A stretch of 64,000 nucleotides of DNA from an uncultured Actinomycetota bacterium. GTDB lineage: Bacteria > Actinomycetota > Actinomycetes > JAHEKZ01. The notes under the pieces were generated by a model. That model did no database searches and was not told where the DNA came from. It worked only from the letters and a program-made list of their open reading frames with translations. The position numbers were made by a program, and so were the translations under genes. Shown one piece after another: positions 21,312 to 31,653 of the stretch. Location: positions 1,408,001 to 1,472,000 of the forward strand of contig CAVQYR010000001.1 of NCBI GenBank assembly GCA_963718235.1. Direction: 5' to 3'. Positions within the stretch are counted from its first letter, which is position 1; each line of letters opens with the position of its first letter.

Positions 21312-22601
21312 ATGAAACGCTCACGCAGCCTCGCTCTCGGGGTGGCAACGCTGGCCCTGCTGGCAACGGCATGCACCTCCTCTGGCAGCGGGGGAGGGGA
21401 CGCAGACGCAACCGGGGGAACGATCAGGGTCTGGACGCACGTCAACAAGTCGTTCAACAAGGCCTACGGCGAGCTCGCCGACGCGTACATGGCCGAGAAC
21501 CCTGACGTCGCGATCGAGTTCGAGACCTTCGACTACGACACCTACATCCAGACCCTGCAGACGTCGCTGCCGGCCGGAACGGAGGCCGATGTGCTGCAGA
21601 TGTTCGGCAGCTGGACCTGCAGCTACTCGTCGAACCTCGCCCCGGTGCCCAACTCGGTGATGAGCCAGTCGGAGGCGGAGAAGACGTACTTCCCCGGGCC
21701 TCTGGGCGGGTACCTGTGCGAGGACCAGATCTACGGCCTGCCCCAGGAGTCGAACATCGAGTACGGCGCGACGCTGGTGAACACCGCGATGGCAGGTGCG
21801 GCGGGTGTCGGACTGGACGGCTGGGACTCCTTCGATGACTTCAAGGCGGACGCGAAGAAGCTCACGGTCACCGAGGACGGCGTGATCACGCGCGCCGGGT
21901 ACCACTTCACGACCAACGACGGGATGGCCTACACGTTCTTGTCGCTCATCCTCCAGAACGGTGGCAGCTACCTGAGCGACGACGGCACCTTCTCCTTCCA
22001 GACCCCCGAGGCTCAGGCATCGATGGAGCTCATGAAGAGCTACGTCACCGAGGGCATCATCGATCCGACGCTGTTCACCGACACCACGAACTGGGTCGGG
22101 GACTGCTACTTCACCGAGCTGTGCGCGATGGGCCTGGTCGGCCCGTGGGTCGTTCCAGAGTACGCCGCGGACTTCCCGGAGGTCACCGCAGACACCGTGT
22201 TCGTGCCGCTACCGACGCTGGAGAACCCCTCGTTCGCGGCCGACTCCGGATGGGGCCTGACAGTGTCATCGAACAGCCAAGAGCAGGAGCTTGCGTGGGA
22301 CTTCGTGTCCTACGTGGCCGCGAACGACAGCAACGCCCTGCAATGGAACGTCGACACGGGCACGCTGCCTGCGCTTGCGGCGAACGCAAAGGGTTCTGGC
22401 GCCAAGGAGCTGTTGTCCAACGCGGCCTACCTGGAGCCATTCCTGGGCATCCTCGGGAACGCTCAGTACCTCGGTAGCCTGCCCGACCGCGACCGGCTCT
22501 TCTACAAGATCATCGTCCCGAACACCCTCGATGTGCTGACCGACCAGGCAACGGTCGACGAGGCGCTGGCGAAGATCGAGCAAGAGGCGAACCAGCTCTG
22601 A
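21312..22601 (+). CDS. Carbohydrate ABC transporter substrate-binding lipoprotein
   Basis: Lipobox LATAC; GAGGAGG RBS; SBP family 1 features (IYGLP, GPW, GWGLTV). Confidence 0.92.
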   Translation: MKRSRSLALGVATLALLATACTSSGSGGGDADATGGTIRVWTHVNKSFNKAYGELADAYMAENPDVAIEFETFDYDTYIQTLQTSLPAGTEADVLQMFGSWTCSYSSNLAPVPNSVMSQSEAEKTYFPGPLGGYLCEDQIYGLPQESNIEYGATLVNTAMAGAAGVGLDGWDSFDDFKADAKKLTVTEDGVITRAGYHFTTNDGMAYTFLSLILQNGGSYLSDDGTFSFQTPEAQASMELMKSYVTEGIIDPTLFTDTTNWVGDCYFTELCAMGLVGPWVVPEYAADFPEVTADTVFVPLPTLENPSFAADSGWGLTVSSNSQEQELAWDFVSYVAANDSNALQWNVDTGTLPALAANAKGSGAKELLSNAAYLEPFLGILGNAQYLGSLPDRDRLFYKIIVPNTLDVLTDQATVDEALAKIEQEANQL

Positions 22602-22620
22602 CTCAGGGGAGTTCACGCAC

Positions 22621-23619
22621 ATGACAGCGGACACGTCGGTGGTCCCGGGCACGCAGCGGGCTGCCCGGGGGATCGACGCACCGCAGCGGAGGTTCCGCTG
22701 GTCGGTGCTGATGCCGTCGGTCGGCTATCTCCTGTTCTTCACCCTGCTGCCGATCGTGTGGGTGTTCGCGCTGTCCTTGTTCAGCTACAGCCCCCGGCGC
22801 GAAGGTGCGGGCCTCGGCGGGCTGGGAGGGGACAACCCGTTCGTTGGCCTGGACAACTTCCGGTTGATGTTCGACTTCTCGGGCAGCTCCCAGCTGGCGG
22901 AGACGTTTCGCCTGTCGGTGGTCACGACGCTCATATTCGCGTTCATCGTGCTGCCACTCAACCTGCTCATCACACTGCCCCTCGCCGTGATGATCGAGTC
23001 GGTCGCGCGCAGGCTGCGGCCACTGCTGCGCACCGTGTTCTTCATGCCCGTGCTGGCGTCGGCGGTCGCGGTGGCCGTGATCTGGCAGTACGTACTGAAC
23101 CCGCAGTACGGACTGGCCAACGCACTCATCAGCAAGGTGACCGGACATGTCACCGCGATCGCCTGGCTGAACGACCCGAACATCACGGTCCTGGGCGTTC
23201 CCGTGGCGTTGGGGGCGGTGACGGTCGCCTACCTGTGGATGGACATCGGCTACAACCTGGTGATCTTCATTGCCGCGTTGCAGGGGATCCCCCGGTCACT
23301 CACCGAGGCAGCCGACCTGGACGGCGCCAACGCGTGGCAGCGATTCTGGCTGGTGACGCTCCCGTTGCTCAGGCCCACGATCCTGCTGACGGCCGTACTG
23401 ACGATGATCTCCTCCTTCCAGGCGTTCGACCTCTTCCAGGTGATGACCGTGGGCGGTCCGGACAACCAGACCCGCGTGCTGTCCCTGGACATCTACGAGA
23501 ACGCCTTCCGCTTCCAGTCGATGGGGTGGGCGGCCGCCGAGTCGCTGGTCCTTCTGCTCATCGTCCTCCTCATCACCCTTATCCAGGCACGCCTGCTGCG
23601 GACGAAGTGGTCGTACTGA
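22621..23619 (+). CDS. Carbohydrate ABC transporter permease (MalF-like)
   Basis: FVGLDNF; EAA loop EAADLDGA..WQRF..VTLP. Confidence 0.93.
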   Translation: MTADTSVVPGTQRAARGIDAPQRRFRWSVLMPSVGYLLFFTLLPIVWVFALSLFSYSPRREGAGLGGLGGDNPFVGLDNFRLMFDFSGSSQLAETFRLSVVTTLIFAFIVLPLNLLITLPLAVMIESVARRLRPLLRTVFFMPVLASAVAVAVIWQYVLNPQYGLANALISKVTGHVTAIAWLNDPNITVLGVPVALGAVTVAYLWMDIGYNLVIFIAALQGIPRSLTEAADLDGANAWQRFWLVTLPLLRPTILLTAVLTMISSFQAFDLFQVMTVGGPDNQTRVLSLDIYENAFRFQSMGWAAAESLVLLLIVLLITLIQARLLRTKWSY

Positions 23620-23620
23620 C

Positions 23621-24520
23621 ATGGTCACCGACACCGACACCGACACCGAGTCGTTCGGGGCGCAGGACACCGTCACCGTCATCGCGCGGCCGCGTCGCCG
23701 GCTGCCGGTTGGTCGGGTACTGCTCTATGCCGTCCTTCTCGTTGCGGGAGTCATCGCCGCACTGCCGTTCTTCTGGATGGTCTTCGGCTCGTTCAAGACC
23801 GGTGCCGAGATCCGTCAGGTTCCGCCCACCTTCGTGCCGCAGGCGTGGACCCTCGACAACTACCGTCAGATCCTCGAGGACCCAACCCTGCCGCTGACGA
23901 CCTTCTACCGGAACTCCCTGTTCGTCGCCGTGCTCAACGTCGTCTTCTCACTGTTCATGGCGTCGCTTCTGGGGTTCATCTTCGCGAAGTACCGGTTCCG
24001 GGGGCGTCAGTTCCTCTTCTGGTACCTGATGGCGCTGATGATGGTCCCACCGAGCGTGGTGATGATCCCCAACTACCTGATCCTCAGCCGACTCGGACTG
24101 CTCAACAACCTGTGGGGCCTGATCATCACAGCGGTCATCGACCCATTCGCGGTCTTCGTGATGCGGCAGTTCATCATGGCGCTGCCCGACGAGCAGATCG
24201 AGTCAGCCAGAATCGATGGGGCCTCCGAGTGGCGCATCTACCGGTCGATCGTGGTTCCTCAGATCAAGCCGGCCCTCGCGACCCTCGGGCTGCTCACGTT
24301 CATGTTCAACTGGAACGCCTACCTGTGGCCCCTCATCGTGCTGACCGAGAACCAGAACCGCACCATTCCGGTGATCCTGACGTGGTACTCCTCCCAGCAC
24401 TCCGCTCAGCTCAACCTGGTCATGGCGGCCTCGGTGCTCATGGTTGTGCCCGTGCTCATCTTCTTCCTCGTCACTCAGAAGTGGATCGTGGCGGGACTCA
24501 CGCTGACCGGAGGCAAGTGA
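23621..24520 (+). CDS. Carbohydrate ABC transporter permease (MalG-like)
   Basis: GSFKT, TLDNY, ESARIDGASE, FNWNAYLWP. Confidence 0.93.
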   Translation: MVTDTDTDTESFGAQDTVTVIARPRRRLPVGRVLLYAVLLVAGVIAALPFFWMVFGSFKTGAEIRQVPPTFVPQAWTLDNYRQILEDPTLPLTTFYRNSLFVAVLNVVFSLFMASLLGFIFAKYRFRGRQFLFWYLMALMMVPPSVVMIPNYLILSRLGLLNNLWGLIITAVIDPFAVFVMRQFIMALPDEQIESARIDGASEWRIYRSIVVPQIKPALATLGLLTFMFNWNAYLWPLIVLTENQNRTIPVILTWYSSQHSAQLNLVMAASVLMVVPVLIFFLVTQKWIVAGLTLTGGK

Positions 24521-24521
24521 C

Positions 24522-25829
24522 ATGACCGTCGTGACCATCATCGGCGCCGGGAGCACCGTGTTCGCAGCCGAGCTGATCACCGACTTCCTGCTGACCCCAC
24601 CGTTGGAGTCCGGGGAGTTCCGGCTGGTCGACATCGACGCCGACCGGTTGGCCCTGGCCCATGAGTTCGCCGAGCACCTGATCGAGCGGTCTGGCCGCTC
24701 GTGGACGGTGCAGTCGTCGACCGACCGCACGGCGCTGCTGCCGGGCTCGGACGTCGTGATCAGCACGATCGAGGTCGCCGGGCTCGCCACCGTCGGGTTC
24801 GACTACGACATCCCGATGAAGTACGGGGTCGACCAGTGCATCGGCGACACCATCGGCCCGGGGGGCCTGTTCAAGGCTCTGCGGACGATCCCGACGATCC
24901 TGGAGATCCTGGCCGACGTCGAGCGGCTGTGCCCGTCGGCGCTCATGCTCAACCACACCAACCCGATGTCGATGACGGTGCTGGCGGCGGCCCGGTCCTC
25001 GCGGCATCCGTTGTGGGGGATGTGCCACTCCGTCCACTACACCGTCGAGCAGCTGGCTGAGTACCTGGAGCTGGACAAGGCGCAGATCGAGTTCCGCGCT
25101 GCGGGCGTCAACCACCTGGCCTGGCTCACCGAGCTGACCCGCGGCGGTGAGGACCTCTACCCGCTCCTGCGCGAGCGCGGCCACGTGCCGGCGGTGTTCG
25201 AGCAGGATCCGGTGCGGTTCGAGCTGATGTACCAGCTCGGTGCCTTTCCCACCGAGAGCAGCGGGCACGTGTCGGAGTACCTGCCGTACTTCCGGACGCA
25301 CCCCGACGTCGTCAAGCGCTGGCAGGGCAAGGAGTACATCGGCGAGTCCGGCTTCTACGCCCACCAGTGGCCGACCTGGCGGCGCGAGAACGACGAGCAC
25401 CTGCGTCGGGTGCTGGCCGGCGAGGCGGAGTACCCCATGGAACGGGGAGGCGAGTACCCGTCGCACATCGTCGAAGCGATGGTCACCGGCAAGCCGACGA
25501 CGGTCTACGTCACGACCGTGAACCATGGCTTCGTCGACAACCTCGACCAGGACAACGCGATCGAGGTGGCTGCCCTGGTGGACGAGAACGGGATCCACCC
25601 GCAGTCGTTCGGCGCGCTGCCGGCGCACCTTGCCGCCCTCGTGAGACGGCACCAGGAGTTCAACGACCTGGCAGTCACCGCGATCGTCGACCAGGACCGT
25701 GAGGCCGCGGTGCACGCGTTGATGCTCGACCCACTGACCGCGGCCGCCTGCGAGCTGCAGCAGATCCGTGACATGTTCGACGAGATGGTGGCCGCCCAGC
25801 GCGAGTACCTCCCCTCGTTCCTCCACTGA
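24522..25829 (+). CDS. Family 4 glycoside hydrolase (NAD+/Mn2+-dependent alpha-galactosidase, MelA-like)
   Basis: IIGAGSTVF, QCIGDTIGPGG, HTNPM, GMCHSV, GVNH, TESSGHVSEY, MLDPLTAA. Confidence 0.9.
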   Translation: MTVVTIIGAGSTVFAAELITDFLLTPPLESGEFRLVDIDADRLALAHEFAEHLIERSGRSWTVQSSTDRTALLPGSDVVISTIEVAGLATVGFDYDIPMKYGVDQCIGDTIGPGGLFKALRTIPTILEILADVERLCPSALMLNHTNPMSMTVLAAARSSRHPLWGMCHSVHYTVEQLAEYLELDKAQIEFRAAGVNHLAWLTELTRGGEDLYPLLRERGHVPAVFEQDPVRFELMYQLGAFPTESSGHVSEYLPYFRTHPDVVKRWQGKEYIGESGFYAHQWPTWRRENDEHLRRVLAGEAEYPMERGGEYPSHIVEAMVTGKPTTVYVTTVNHGFVDNLDQDNAIEVAALVDENGIHPQSFGALPAHLAALVRRHQEFNDLAVTAIVDQDREAAVHALMLDPLTAAACELQQIRDMFDEMVAAQREYLPSFLH

Positions 25830-25841
25830 GGAAGGAACTCC

Positions 25842-26804
25842 TTGAGCGAGCTCGACCTCTTCGTCCTCGGCGACGTCAACCCCGACGTCATCGTGTCCGG
25901 CACGCAGCTGTCGCCTCGCTTCGACCAGGTCGAGCAGCTCGTCGACCGTGCGGCACTGGTCGTGGGCGGATCGGCGTCCATCACCGCGGTCGCGGCGGCC
26001 CGGCTGGGGCTCTCGGTGGGGCTGTGCGGCGTGGTCGGGGACGACGACCTCGGTCGGTTCATGATCGACCGGCTCACGGCCGCCGACGTCGACCTGGGAC
26101 ACGTGCGCATCGACGCGTCGACACCAACCGGTCTCTCGGTCATGCTCGACCGCGGACCCGACCGCGCGATCCTCACGGCACCCGGCACCATCGCCGCCCT
26201 GTCGCCGGCCGACCTGGAAGGGCTGGCCGACCGTCCGGCTCGTCATGTCCACGTCGCCTCGTACTACCTGATGTCCGACGCGTACCGCCAGGCGTTGCCC
26301 GCCGCGCTGCGGCGGTTCCGCGGGGCCAGCGTGACGACGTCGTTGGACACCAACTGGGACCCAGGCGGCACGTGGGACCTCGAGGCGGTGCTGGCCGAGA
26401 CCGATGTGTTCCTGCCCAACCGGGCCGAGCTGCTGGCCGTCACCGCGTGTGCCTCGGTCCCCGCGGCCCTGGACGCCATGGCCGCACACGGCTGCGACGT
26501 CGTCGTCAAGCTGGGCGAGGTCGGCGCCACGGCTCGTACGCCGCGGGGGACCGTTCACGTGGCAGCGACGAGACCACCCAGCCTCGCCGACGCGGTGGGA
26601 GCGGGGGACACCTTCGACGCCGGCTTCGTCGCCGGTCGGCTCTGCGGCCTCGACGACGAGCAGGCGCTGCGCCTTGCCGTGGCCGCCGGAACGCTCTCCA
26701 CGCGCGGGGTCGGTGGCACCGCGACGCAGCCGGACCGATCCGAGGCGCAGGCCTGGGCCGACCGGCTCACGGCGACCAGCGGCGCAGCGGAGGATGACCG
26801 GTGA
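25842..26804 (+). CDS. PfkB-family carbohydrate kinase
   Basis: GGSASITA, GVVGDD, LPNRAE, VKLG, DAVGAGDTF. Confidence 0.92.
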   Translation: MSELDLFVLGDVNPDVIVSGTQLSPRFDQVEQLVDRAALVVGGSASITAVAAARLGLSVGLCGVVGDDDLGRFMIDRLTAADVDLGHVRIDASTPTGLSVMLDRGPDRAILTAPGTIAALSPADLEGLADRPARHVHVASYYLMSDAYRQALPAALRRFRGASVTTSLDTNWDPGGTWDLEAVLAETDVFLPNRAELLAVTACASVPAALDAMAAHGCDVVVKLGEVGATARTPRGTVHVAATRPPSLADAVGAGDTFDAGFVAGRLCGLDDEQALRLAVAAGTLSTRGVGGTATQPDRSEAQAWADRLTATSGAAEDDR

Positions 26805-28085
26805 GTGAGCACGTGCTCGACCAGCTGGTGCGGGCGCAGCATGCGGGTCGACGCGGTCGGGATCACGTCGGTGTGCTCGGCGCACCCCGTCGTGCTCGAC
26901 GAGGCGGTGCGTCATGGTGCGCAGGGGGAGCACGTCGTCCTGATCGAGGCGACCTGCAACCAGGTGAACCAGGACGGCGGGTACACCGGCATGCAGCCGA
27001 TCGACTTCCGCCGTGCGGTCGAACGGCTCGCTGAGGAGCACGAGCTGCCCGCGGAGCGGCTGGTGCTCGGCGGCGACCACCTCGGTCCGAACCCCTGGAA
27101 GCACCTGTCCGCCGAGACGGCGATGGCCAAGTCGGCCGAGCTGGTCCGGGCCTTCGTCATGGCCGGCTACACCAAGATCCACCTCGACACCTCGATCCGG
27201 TGCGCCGATGACCCGCCAGGGGCGATGCACCCGGCGTTGGTGGCCGAACGTGCGGCCCGGCTCGCCGTCGTCGCCGAGGAGGCCGCGGCCGAGGCCGGTC
27301 TCGAGCCCCGCTACGTGATCGGCACCGAGGTCCCGGTGCCCGGCGGGGGAGTCGGTCGGCGCGCACGGCATCCACGTGACGACCACGGTCGACGTCGAGG
27401 AGACGATCGACCTCACCCAGGCCGCGTTCGTGTCTGCCGGGTGTCGGCGACGCGTGGGAGCGGGTTCGGGCCGTCGTCGCGCAGCCGGGCGTGGAGTTCT
27501 CCGACGCGGAGCTGTTCGGCTACGTGCCCGGGCAGGCGGCGCACCTGTCCCGGTTCATCAGCGCCGAGCCGTCGCTGGTCTTCGAGGCGCACAGCACCGA
27601 CTACCAGACCCCGCAGGCGCTGCGCGGGCTCGTGCGGGACCGGTTCGCGATCCTCAAGGTCGGGCCCGGGCTGACCTTCGCCTACCGCGAGGGGGTGTTC
27701 GCCCTGTCGTTCATCGAGGACGAGCTGCTGGGCGAGGCGGCGTCCGGCTGTGCGAAGGGTGCTCGACCAGGCGATGGTCGACAACCCGACGTACTGGCAG
27801 CCGTTCTACCCGAGCGACCCGGCTCTGGCCGCCCGGGCCCGCAGGTACTCCCGGAGTGACCGTTCCCGGTACTACTGGCCGGTGCCGTCGGTGCAGCAGG
27901 CGGTCGACCTGATGGTCGCGAACCTGCGACGCACAGGGATCCCGGGCGAGCTGCTCAGCCAGTTCCTCCCGGTGCAGAGTCGCCGGGTCGCCGCAGGGGC
28001 GCTGGACGACGACCCCAGCGCCCTGCTCGGTGACACAGTGCGCGTGGTGCTCGACGACTACGCGGCGGCCACTGCCGAGCGCTAG
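26801..28085 (+). CDS. GatZ/KbaZ-family protein (tagatose-6-phosphate 4-epimerase / aldolase accessory subunit); several apparent frameshifts
   Basis: GITSVCSAHP, IEATCNQVNQDGGYTG, LGGDHLGPNPW, KIHLDTS, YVIGTEVPVPGG, VVAQPGVEF, FEAHSTDYQ, LKVGPGLT, SDRSRYYW spread over shifting frames (about 26850, 27355, 27450, 27750). Confidence 0.88.
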
Positions 28086-28141
28086 CTTCGGCCCAGCCGG
28101 TCGGTTGGCCCAGTCGGTTGGCCGGTTCGGTCGACGCTCGG

Positions 28142-29716
28142 TCAGGCGGCGAACAGCCGGGCGAGGGCGGACTCGACCCTGCTGTGCGTCGACCCGGGGA
28201 GATCGGCTCCGGGCTCCGAGGTCGGACGGTGACGGCGCAGCGCCTTCGCGGCGTCGACCAGAGCCTGGTCGACGCCGGGGTCGACCAAGGGCGGCGGTTC
28301 GACGGTGTGCTGGTGCCCGGTGGGAAGCGTCCAGAACAGAGCGCCGTCCGGGAGGGGTTGCAGCGCAGGAGGTGGTGGCTGGCTGCGGCTGCGCGCGAGC
28401 TTCTGCTGCAGCCCGTCGCCGTCGTACAGGTCGTCACGGTGCTTGAGCAGGTGGTGGCGTCGGCACTCCGGGGCCAGGTTGGTGAGGCTGGTCGGCCCTT
28501 CGGGGTGGCGAACGACGTGGTCGAGGTCGCAGCGCTCGGCACGTGCGCCACACCCGGGGAAGACGCAGCGTTGGTGACGCAGCTGGACGGTTCGGACGAG
28601 GGGAGTGCCTGGGCGGTAGGTGGTGGTTCCGACGTCGGTGACCCGGCCCCCCTCGTCGGTGAGGATGCGTCGCCACGTGGCGTCCTGCGCCAGCAGGCGC
28701 GCCAGCGAGGCCGGGATCGGTCCGTGTCCCTGCAGGTCGCCGGGGGCATCGCTCAGGCCGAGTAGCACGCTGGCGGGCACGGAGACGTTGACCCGCACCG
28801 GGGACCGGCCGGGGGTGCCGAGGTCAGCTGGGGTCTCGCCGTCGAGCGTCCCGGTGCGCAACGCCTGGACGAACGGCAGGGCCAGCGCCTCGGCGCGCCA
28901 CTGGTCCAGGGTGCGTGGGTCGGCCGGGCCGGCTGCTGACTTCAGACGCTTGGCGACCGCGTGCACGACCGTCTCGATGGCCACCGAGTGCTCGGCCGGC
29001 AGCTGCGCCCACAGCTCGGCGACGCCGTCGCCCTGCGGAGTGACGATGACACGTGACTCCGAGCGTCGCGCCTTGCTGCGCTGTTCGGCCGCGTCGGGGT
29101 CGATGGCCATCACGAGTCTCTGGGCGAGCGCACGCAGGCGCGGAGGCGTGAGCTCCGCTGCTCGTGCCAACAGCCGGTCCTGCAGCTCGTCGAGGTGTTC
29201 GCGTTCCACCGAGCTGCACTCGTCGACGATGACCCGGGCCTTGCTGACGTCAATGCGTCCGTGGGCGAGCGCGTCGGCGGTCTGCGCGAACTGGTCGGCC
29301 AGGCCGACGGCGAGCCTCAGCCGGATCGAGGCGGCGACCCTGGAGACGGCCAGCTGGGCACCGATCTCGTCGTCGGGGCGGTTGCGCAGGACCGTGCCCA
29401 ACGGTGCACGGGCGACTCGGGCGAGCTCGGGGTCGGCACCGAGCACGTCGGGTCGCCGGGCGAACTCGGCCACTGCGGCCAGCTGTTGGGCGCTGACCCA
29501 CGACGACACCCGCTCCCACGCGGAGACCAGCTCGAGCACGTCGTAGTCGGAGTCGAGTGCCTGTGCCTCGATGCTGAGCAGATGAGCCAGCAGAGCCGCC
29601 GCCGCAACCGTGCCGTCCTCGTGGTGAGGCAGCCGGTCGATCCCCGGGACGTCGAGGCCATCGACGTCGATTCCGAGCACCCGCGTCGTGCGGGGCGGGG
29701 CGTTCGAGGAGGACAT
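28142..29716 (-). CDS. DUF222/HNH endonuclease (13E12-repeat family)
   Basis: DUF222-like helical region, then CVFPGC...CDLDH....NLAPECRRHHLLKH; leaderless TACGTT-N6-ATG. Confidence 0.88.
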   Translation of the reverse strand: MSSSNAPPRTTRVLGIDVDGLDVPGIDRLPHHEDGTVAAAALLAHLLSIEAQALDSDYDVLELVSAWERVSSWVSAQQLAAVAEFARRPDVLGADPELARVARAPLGTVLRNRPDDEIGAQLAVSRVAASIRLRLAVGLADQFAQTADALAHGRIDVSKARVIVDECSSVEREHLDELQDRLLARAAELTPPRLRALAQRLVMAIDPDAAEQRSKARRSESRVIVTPQGDGVAELWAQLPAEHSVAIETVVHAVAKRLKSAAGPADPRTLDQWRAEALALPFVQALRTGTLDGETPADLGTPGRSPVRVNVSVPASVLLGLSDAPGDLQGHGPIPASLARLLAQDATWRRILTDEGGRVTDVGTTTYRPGTPLVRTVQLRHQRCVFPGCGARAERCDLDHVVRHPEGPTSLTNLAPECRRHHLLKHRDDLYDGDGLQQKLARSRSQPPPPALQPLPDGALFWTLPTGHQHTVEPPPLVDPGVDQALVDAAKALRRHRPTSEPGADLPGSTHSRVESALARLFAA

Positions 29717-29797
29717 GTGCCGAACGTAGAGGCCGGGTCTGACAGTCTCTGCTGCCCGCCCAAGGTCTCCGCCCCGGTTGCGGCGTAGCGTGGTCGC

Positions 29798-30289
29798 ATG
29801 GTCGATGCGTGGGCGGACGACGTCACATCCGAGGAGGTTCTGCCGCGAATCCCTGCGTCGGCCGGCGCGTTGGTGTGGGACCGCAAAGGTCGGCTGCTCA
29901 TCCTGAACCCCACCTACAAGGGTGGCTGGACGCTGCCCGGCGGCGTGATCGAGGCCGACGGGGAGACACCCTGGGAGGCGTGCCGCCGGGAGACCCTGGA
30001 GGAGTGCGGGCTGCACGTGCGACGCGGGCGGCTCGTGTGCGTCGACTTCCTGCGCCCGCGGCCGAACCGGCCAGGGGGCATGCGCTTCCTGTTCGACTGT
30101 GGGACGTTCGACGACGAGGCGCTGGACTCGATCGTGTTGCAGGACGAGGAGATCTCGGAGTACCGGCTGGCGCGCACCGACAAGGCCCTGAAGAAGCTCA
30201 GCGGTCCTGTCCGGCGCCGGGTCGCCGCTGCCGTGGCCCACCCCAGGCGGACGCAGTACCTGGAGGACGGCGTTCCGCACAGGCGCTGA
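29798..30289 (+). CDS. NUDIX hydrolase
   Basis: LPGGVIEADGETPWEACRRETLEECG Nudix box; PTYK motif. Confidence 0.92.
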   Translation: MVDAWADDVTSEEVLPRIPASAGALVWDRKGRLLILNPTYKGGWTLPGGVIEADGETPWEACRRETLEECGLHVRRGRLVCVDFLRPRPNRPGGMRFLFDCGTFDDEALDSIVLQDEEISEYRLARTDKALKKLSGPVRRRVAAAVAHPRRTQYLEDGVPHRR

Positions 30290-30338
30290 GCGCGTCGGGC
30301 CTCTGTGCCAACGCGCGCCTGCGCCCTAGCCTGGGCTC

Positions 30339-31586
30339 ATGTCTGCCGTCTCGTCTCGAGTCCCGGGTCTGGTGCTGACCGAACGCACGTTCGCCGTCCC
30401 ACTCGACCACGCCGAGCCGGCGGGTGAGCAGATCGAGGTGTTCGCCCGGGAGGTCGCCGCCGCCGAACGCGTGGACGACGACCTGCCCTGGCTGCTGTTC
30501 CTGCAGGGCGGCCCCGGGTTCGAGGCGCCGCGCCCGCTCCGGCAGCACACGCCTGGCTGGCTGGAGCGGGCCCTCAAGGAGTTCCGGGTGCTGATGCTCG
30601 ACCAGCGTGGGGTGGGTCGCTCCTCACCCGTCGGACCAGAGTCCGCCGCGCAGCTCTCGCCGCTGCAGCTTGCCGATCGGCTCACGCACTACCGTGCGGA
30701 CTCGATCGTGCGCGACGCCGAGCACCTTCGTCGCGAGCTCGGTGTCGAGAAGTGGGCGGTGCTCGGCCAGAGCTTCGGCGGCTTCTGTGTGGTGAGCTAC
30801 CTGTCCCTGCACCCCGAGTCGTTGTCCATGGCGCTGCTCACCGGTGGGCTGCCGCCTCTCGACCGCGCCATCGACGAGGTCTATGCCGCCACCTACCGCC
30901 GCACTGCCGAGAAGGTGGCCGGTCACTATGCCCGCTACCCGGAGGACCACCGCAGGGTCAGCACCATCGTCGAAGCCCTCGAGGCCGACGACGTCCGGCT
31001 GCCGTCGGGTGACCGCCTCACTCCGCACAGGTTCAGGCAGCTCGGCATCCTGCTCGGCCGGGGCGACGGCTCCGAGGAGCTCCACCACGTGCTCGAGCTG
31101 CCGTTCGGAAGTCCGGCCTTCCTGCACGACGTCGAGGCGTCGTTGCTCTTCTCGCGCAACCCGCTCTACGCCGTCGTCCATGAGTCGTGCTACGCGCCCG
31201 GTCTGCCCACCCGCTGGGCCGCACAGCGACTGCTACCAGACGAGTACGGCACCGACCCGTCGCTCCTGACCGGCGAGCACGTCTTTCCGTGGATGTTCCA
31301 GGAGTACGCCGGTCTGCGGCCCTTCGCCGACGCCGCCGAGATCCTGGCTCAGCACGAGTGGGGCGAGCTCTACGACGTCCAGCGACTTGCCGCGAACGAG
31401 GTGCCCTGCGCAGCCGCCGTCTACGCCGACGACATGTACGTCGAGCGCGAGCTCTCCGAGCAGACTGCGGCCCGGATCAGTGGTCTACGCATGTGGCTGA
31501 CCAGCGAGTACGAGCACGACGGGCTAACGGCGAGCGGCGGCAAGGTCCTCGACCGACTGCTGGACCTGGCCCGCGGCCGGGTGTGA
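30339..31586 (+). CDS. Proline iminopeptidase-like alpha/beta hydrolase (S33)
   Basis: VPLDH, QGGPG, DQRGVG, GQSFGG, TGEH, DDMYV, EYEHDG. Confidence 0.88.
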   Translation: MSAVSSRVPGLVLTERTFAVPLDHAEPAGEQIEVFAREVAAAERVDDDLPWLLFLQGGPGFEAPRPLRQHTPGWLERALKEFRVLMLDQRGVGRSSPVGPESAAQLSPLQLADRLTHYRADSIVRDAEHLRRELGVEKWAVLGQSFGGFCVVSYLSLHPESLSMALLTGGLPPLDRAIDEVYAATYRRTAEKVAGHYARYPEDHRRVSTIVEALEADDVRLPSGDRLTPHRFRQLGILLGRGDGSEELHHVLELPFGSPAFLHDVEASLLFSRNPLYAVVHESCYAPGLPTRWAAQRLLPDEYGTDPSLLTGEHVFPWMFQEYAGLRPFADAAEILAQHEWGELYDVQRLAANEVPCAAAVYADDMYVERELSEQTAARISGLRMWLTSEYEHDGLTASGGKVLDRLLDLARGRV

Positions 31587-31653
31587 CGCACGTTCGATCC
31601 TGGCCCGGCGCTGCACCGCAACCAGGGTCGGATCCTCCGGCAGACTCCCATCC

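Noticed and set aside
23627-23650. ACCGAC tandem repeat (TDTDTDTE) at the permease N-terminus
   Set aside because: In-frame hexamer with few copies in a low-complexity N-terminal tail; it cannot switch the frame
26801-28085. Programmed frameshifting or phase variation in gatZ-like and other broken genes
   Set aside because: Several scattered indels per gene without slippery heptamers or long homopolymers; error is the simpler explanation
28090-28130. Short degenerate repeats (ggcccag..tcggtt) between convergent genes
   Set aside because: Too short and irregular to call a repeat family or element end
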